From Zootoca vivipara (Eukaryota): DNA of 64,000 nt. Shown piece by piece: positions 61,008 through 64,000 of this stretch (within the stretch, counting starts at the first letter, position 1; each line of letters opens with the position of its first letter). The position numbers and the translations under genes were made by a program. The DNA lies in assembly GCF_963506605.1 (NCBI RefSeq), contig NC_083282.1:62620001-62684000 (forward strand). The letters are read 5' to 3'. Below the pieces are notes generated by a model. It was not told where the DNA came from, searched no databases, and saw only the letters and a program-made list of their open reading frames with translations.

Positions 61008-61454
61008 GTCCAGAAGAGGGCAACCAAAATGGTCAAAGGCCTGGAAACGATGCCTTATGAGGAACGGCTTAGGGAGCTGGGTATATTTAGCCTGGAGAAG
61101 AGAAGGTTAAGGGGTGATATGATAACCATGTTCAAATATATAAAAGGATGTCATATAGAGGAGGGAGAAAGGTTGTTTTCTGCTGCTCCAGAGAAGCGGA
61201 CACGGAGCAACGGATTCAAACTACAAGAAAGAAAATTCCACCTAAACATTAGGAAGAACTTCCTGACAGTAAGAGCTGTTCGGCAGTGGAATTTGCTGCC
61301 AAGGAGTGTGGTGGAGTCTCCTTCTTTGGAGGTCTTTAAGCAGAGGCTTGACAGCCATCTGTCAGGAATGCTTTGATGGTGTTTCCTGCTTGGCAGGGGG
61401 TTGGACTGGATGGCCCTTGTGGTCTCTGCCAACTCTATGATTCTATGATTCTAT
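61008..61454 (+). mobile_element. Young CR1 LINE 3' end
   Basis: Encodes VQKRATKMVKGLETMPYEERLRELGIFSLEKRR...LDSHLSGML* with an (ATTCTATG)n tail. Nearly identical to 32782-33277. Confidence 0.95.
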
Positions 61455-63149
61455 ACTATAGGACTAGACAGACTCTTGCTCTGAATCTAGAAGGCTCTTA
61501 TGTTCCTGTGCCTGAAAGCAAAGGAACTGAGCAAAATTGAGCAACTCTTGCCCTCTATGGCATGGTAGACCTCGTTCTGATCAACCATGATGCATGGTAA
61601 AACATGGATAAAGTCACCCACATCTTAGCTGAAAAGACTGCCTGTATTGGAAGACATTCAGGTCAGTGGCCCATGGGTTACCACGCTGTCTTCCACCTCC
61701 AGATCCTTGCAGACCCTGCCTTCCTTTGTCATGGATCCTCATGCACGGTCAGCCTTTCATCTGTGGCTACAGTGGCCCTGAGGCAGTGACTGATCTTGAA
61801 CACTGAGATGCAGCTCCCTCGAAGCCAGTACAGTGAGTGATATGTCAATTCCGTTTATCTAATTATTCCTGCTTTGAGCCACATAAGCAAGAAAGAGAGG
61901 GAAAGGCTGTAATTCTATCTGACAGTGCGCCATGTCACTGATATGTCTCCCTGCCTCTCTGAGTCCTAACAAAATTAAAGTGGCCACAAGCATATTGACA
62001 GCTTGACACAATGAGGTCAAGTCACCGTAACAGGGTTTGAATCTTTTGGCTAAGATCAAGGGCCCACAGGGAGGCTGGGGGAATATGTCAGCTGGTTCAC
62101 TTTCAACTCAACCTTCGGCAGAGACCAGCATGTAGTCGGGGGAGTATCCTGCAGCTCCAGGAGGTGTATGCCAGCCAAAGGTTTAGCGTAATATCCCTTT
62201 AGTGCAATTGTTCAATGATGTACAAGTGTCAAGAACATATTTAGAAAGAAGAGAATTGCTGCCGATGTCTTGAGGAGTGGTGGCCCATTGCATCAAACAT
62301 AAACGAGAGCCATCTTCAGATGTGGGTGGGCTTAAAGAGAGGAGGAGTCAGGGAGCACATGCAAGCCCCGCCCCACAAATCTTCATGTAATCAAGTTTAA
62401 CCCCATGTAATAGGGTTCCTGGTCATGAGGAGGATCCTGACAGCATTTAGAATCCGTCTTCAAATCTTCCTACTCACTGGTCCCCAGTCCAAGGGCCTGA
62501 AACAATGTTGCCGCACCTCCCAAAATACGGTATTTCTGCTTCTTCTCAAGTGCACCAATTTTGCAAATGGCAACAAAAAGGAAGAAATTCAGGGGTGGGC
62601 AGAGACATTACTATGAGTGCAATAGCACTCTATCGTTCATAATCCTCTGCAAGTGGTATTCAGAGGTATTCTGCCTCTGGGTTGTATCTGGGTGGTGCCC
62701 CAGATTTTTGCTGCTCTACTGTTCTTGTTTAACAGAGACAATAAAGTTTGTCTCCAGTTTGCACACCATTGTGTCTTCTAAGCCATGACATGACAATTAC
62801 TCAAACAAATCTAATTACTCTAGAACACCTTGATCAATATACACTCCAAAAAAGGAAGGGGGGGGAGAACTTAACAAACCAACCCAAAACATAAACTTTC
62901 TTTTGAGCATATACAGCGAGCAATGAGGAAGCTCTTCACTTCATTGCAGGGGGTATGCTTCTGAATTGAGGCTGTGGGGACTGATTTGAATGGACAGGTA
63001 ATAGGAGGAGAAAACTGGGCATGGTATGGCGGTGACTTTGTCAGTGCTCCCTTCTCCTCATGGATAGTTTTGCATCTTCAGCACCTCTGTAAAAGGACCC
63101 ATAATGTCTGATCCAACAGATGGCAATTCAAGGGATGCTCTGCACTCAC

Positions 63150-63486
63150 CTGGTGGATGATGCAGGCTCTGTTGTCTGCCTCTGCATCCGTGTGCGTCTC
63201 ATAAGGTGATCCTTCATGGACATCTGGACTTCTGCGGGAATATCTGGTGAGGTGTGACTGATTTTCACAGCTGCCTCCAAGAAGCCCAGAGTCCCTGTGT
63301 CCTTTAGCTTGTCAGCCATGTTCTCTTTGTCGTGTTCCGTTGAGTTCTGGGAGGCGGGGGTGTTAGTTGAAATGGCCTTGTTCCTCCAGGGCACCCAGCA
63401 CAGCTTCCAAAAGAGAAAGAGAAAAACTGCCACCAGCGCCAGTCCACATACAATAACTATCACTGCAAGGAGGCTGATGGAGAGCT
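63150..63486 (-). CDS. SYT6: Synaptotagmin-6 coding exon 2 (transmembrane helix and linker), 337 bp
   Basis: Translates (E)[36 protein letters not shown]...MADKLKD...[16 protein letters not shown]...[11 protein letters not shown]. Acceptor is ...cctctag| at 63487 and donor is |GTGAGT at 63149. Phase 1 in, phase 2 out. Confidence 0.95.
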
Positions 63487-64000
63487 CTAGAGGTTGGGGG
63501 AAGGCAACAGTGGCAAATGGGCAGAAAGGATCGGAGAAGAGATGTGGAAGAATGGGTGGGAAAGCAGGAAAGGAGGGAGGTAAGGGAGAAAAGAAAAGAA
63601 AAGTCTGTGAGATACCTGAAAGAACAAGGACAGATACATTCTAAAATGGAGTCTGTTCCCTTTCATATGCTCCGCTCATGAAAAGAAAGTGTAACAAGAT
63701 TCCTCAGTGAAACACTTCTCCAGAATAGACATTCTTACCTATCCACCCCCCCCCAACCCTTCTGTTTCTGGTGGAATGTTGTGATTTCCTAAAACTATTT
63801 CATTACAGTTCTTGTGATGGTCCTGTTTGATATAAGCATTATTAGTTCGGGAGGCTCAACTGAAATGGCCGCTCAAATCACACACCAACATCGCTTCTCC
63901 TCTGATCAACAACTTATGGCAATTCTTAAAATGTTAAGAGATCTGACTACAGGACAGACAGCACTAATGATTAGGTTTTCAAAATGTCTGGTTCCGGTGG

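Noticed and set aside
2610-63486. Assignment to SYT10, SYT9 or SYT3
   Set aside because: The linker (RQMHVSS.DYG.ELP.AAEQPT), [12 protein letters not shown]...ITGYSDPY and the end EVKKSFKE match SYT6 specifically.

Overview
This window is eukaryotic genomic DNA, almost certainly from a squamate and probably a lacertid lizard, judged by Sauria SINEs, RTE-BovB, CR1, L2 and many hAT/Tc1 MITEs. It holds five consecutive coding exons of synaptotagmin-6 (SYT6) on the minus strand: exon 2 63150-63486, exon 3 55772-56330, exon 4 7712-7832, exon 5 3299-3470 and exon 6 2610-2760. All introns are GT-AG and phase-consistent. Exon 1 and the usual terminal exon appear to lie outside the window. A ~48 kb intron 3 dominates the window and is packed with TEs, many nested with readable TSDs. 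Almost all other ORFs in the track are spurious or TE remnants. I see no clear new protein-coding system. The best leads are a near-consensus REST/RE1 site in intron 3, a near-identical inverted CR1 pair bracketing exon 3, MITEs resembling horizontally transferred hAT1 and OC1 families, a compact tRNA-Lys/CR1-tail SINE, a non-autonomous RTE derivative, MITEs with different TIRs sharing a palindromic ZNF143/THAP11-like motif core, and a possible poison exon. TE family names and human comparisons come from memory and need database confirmation.
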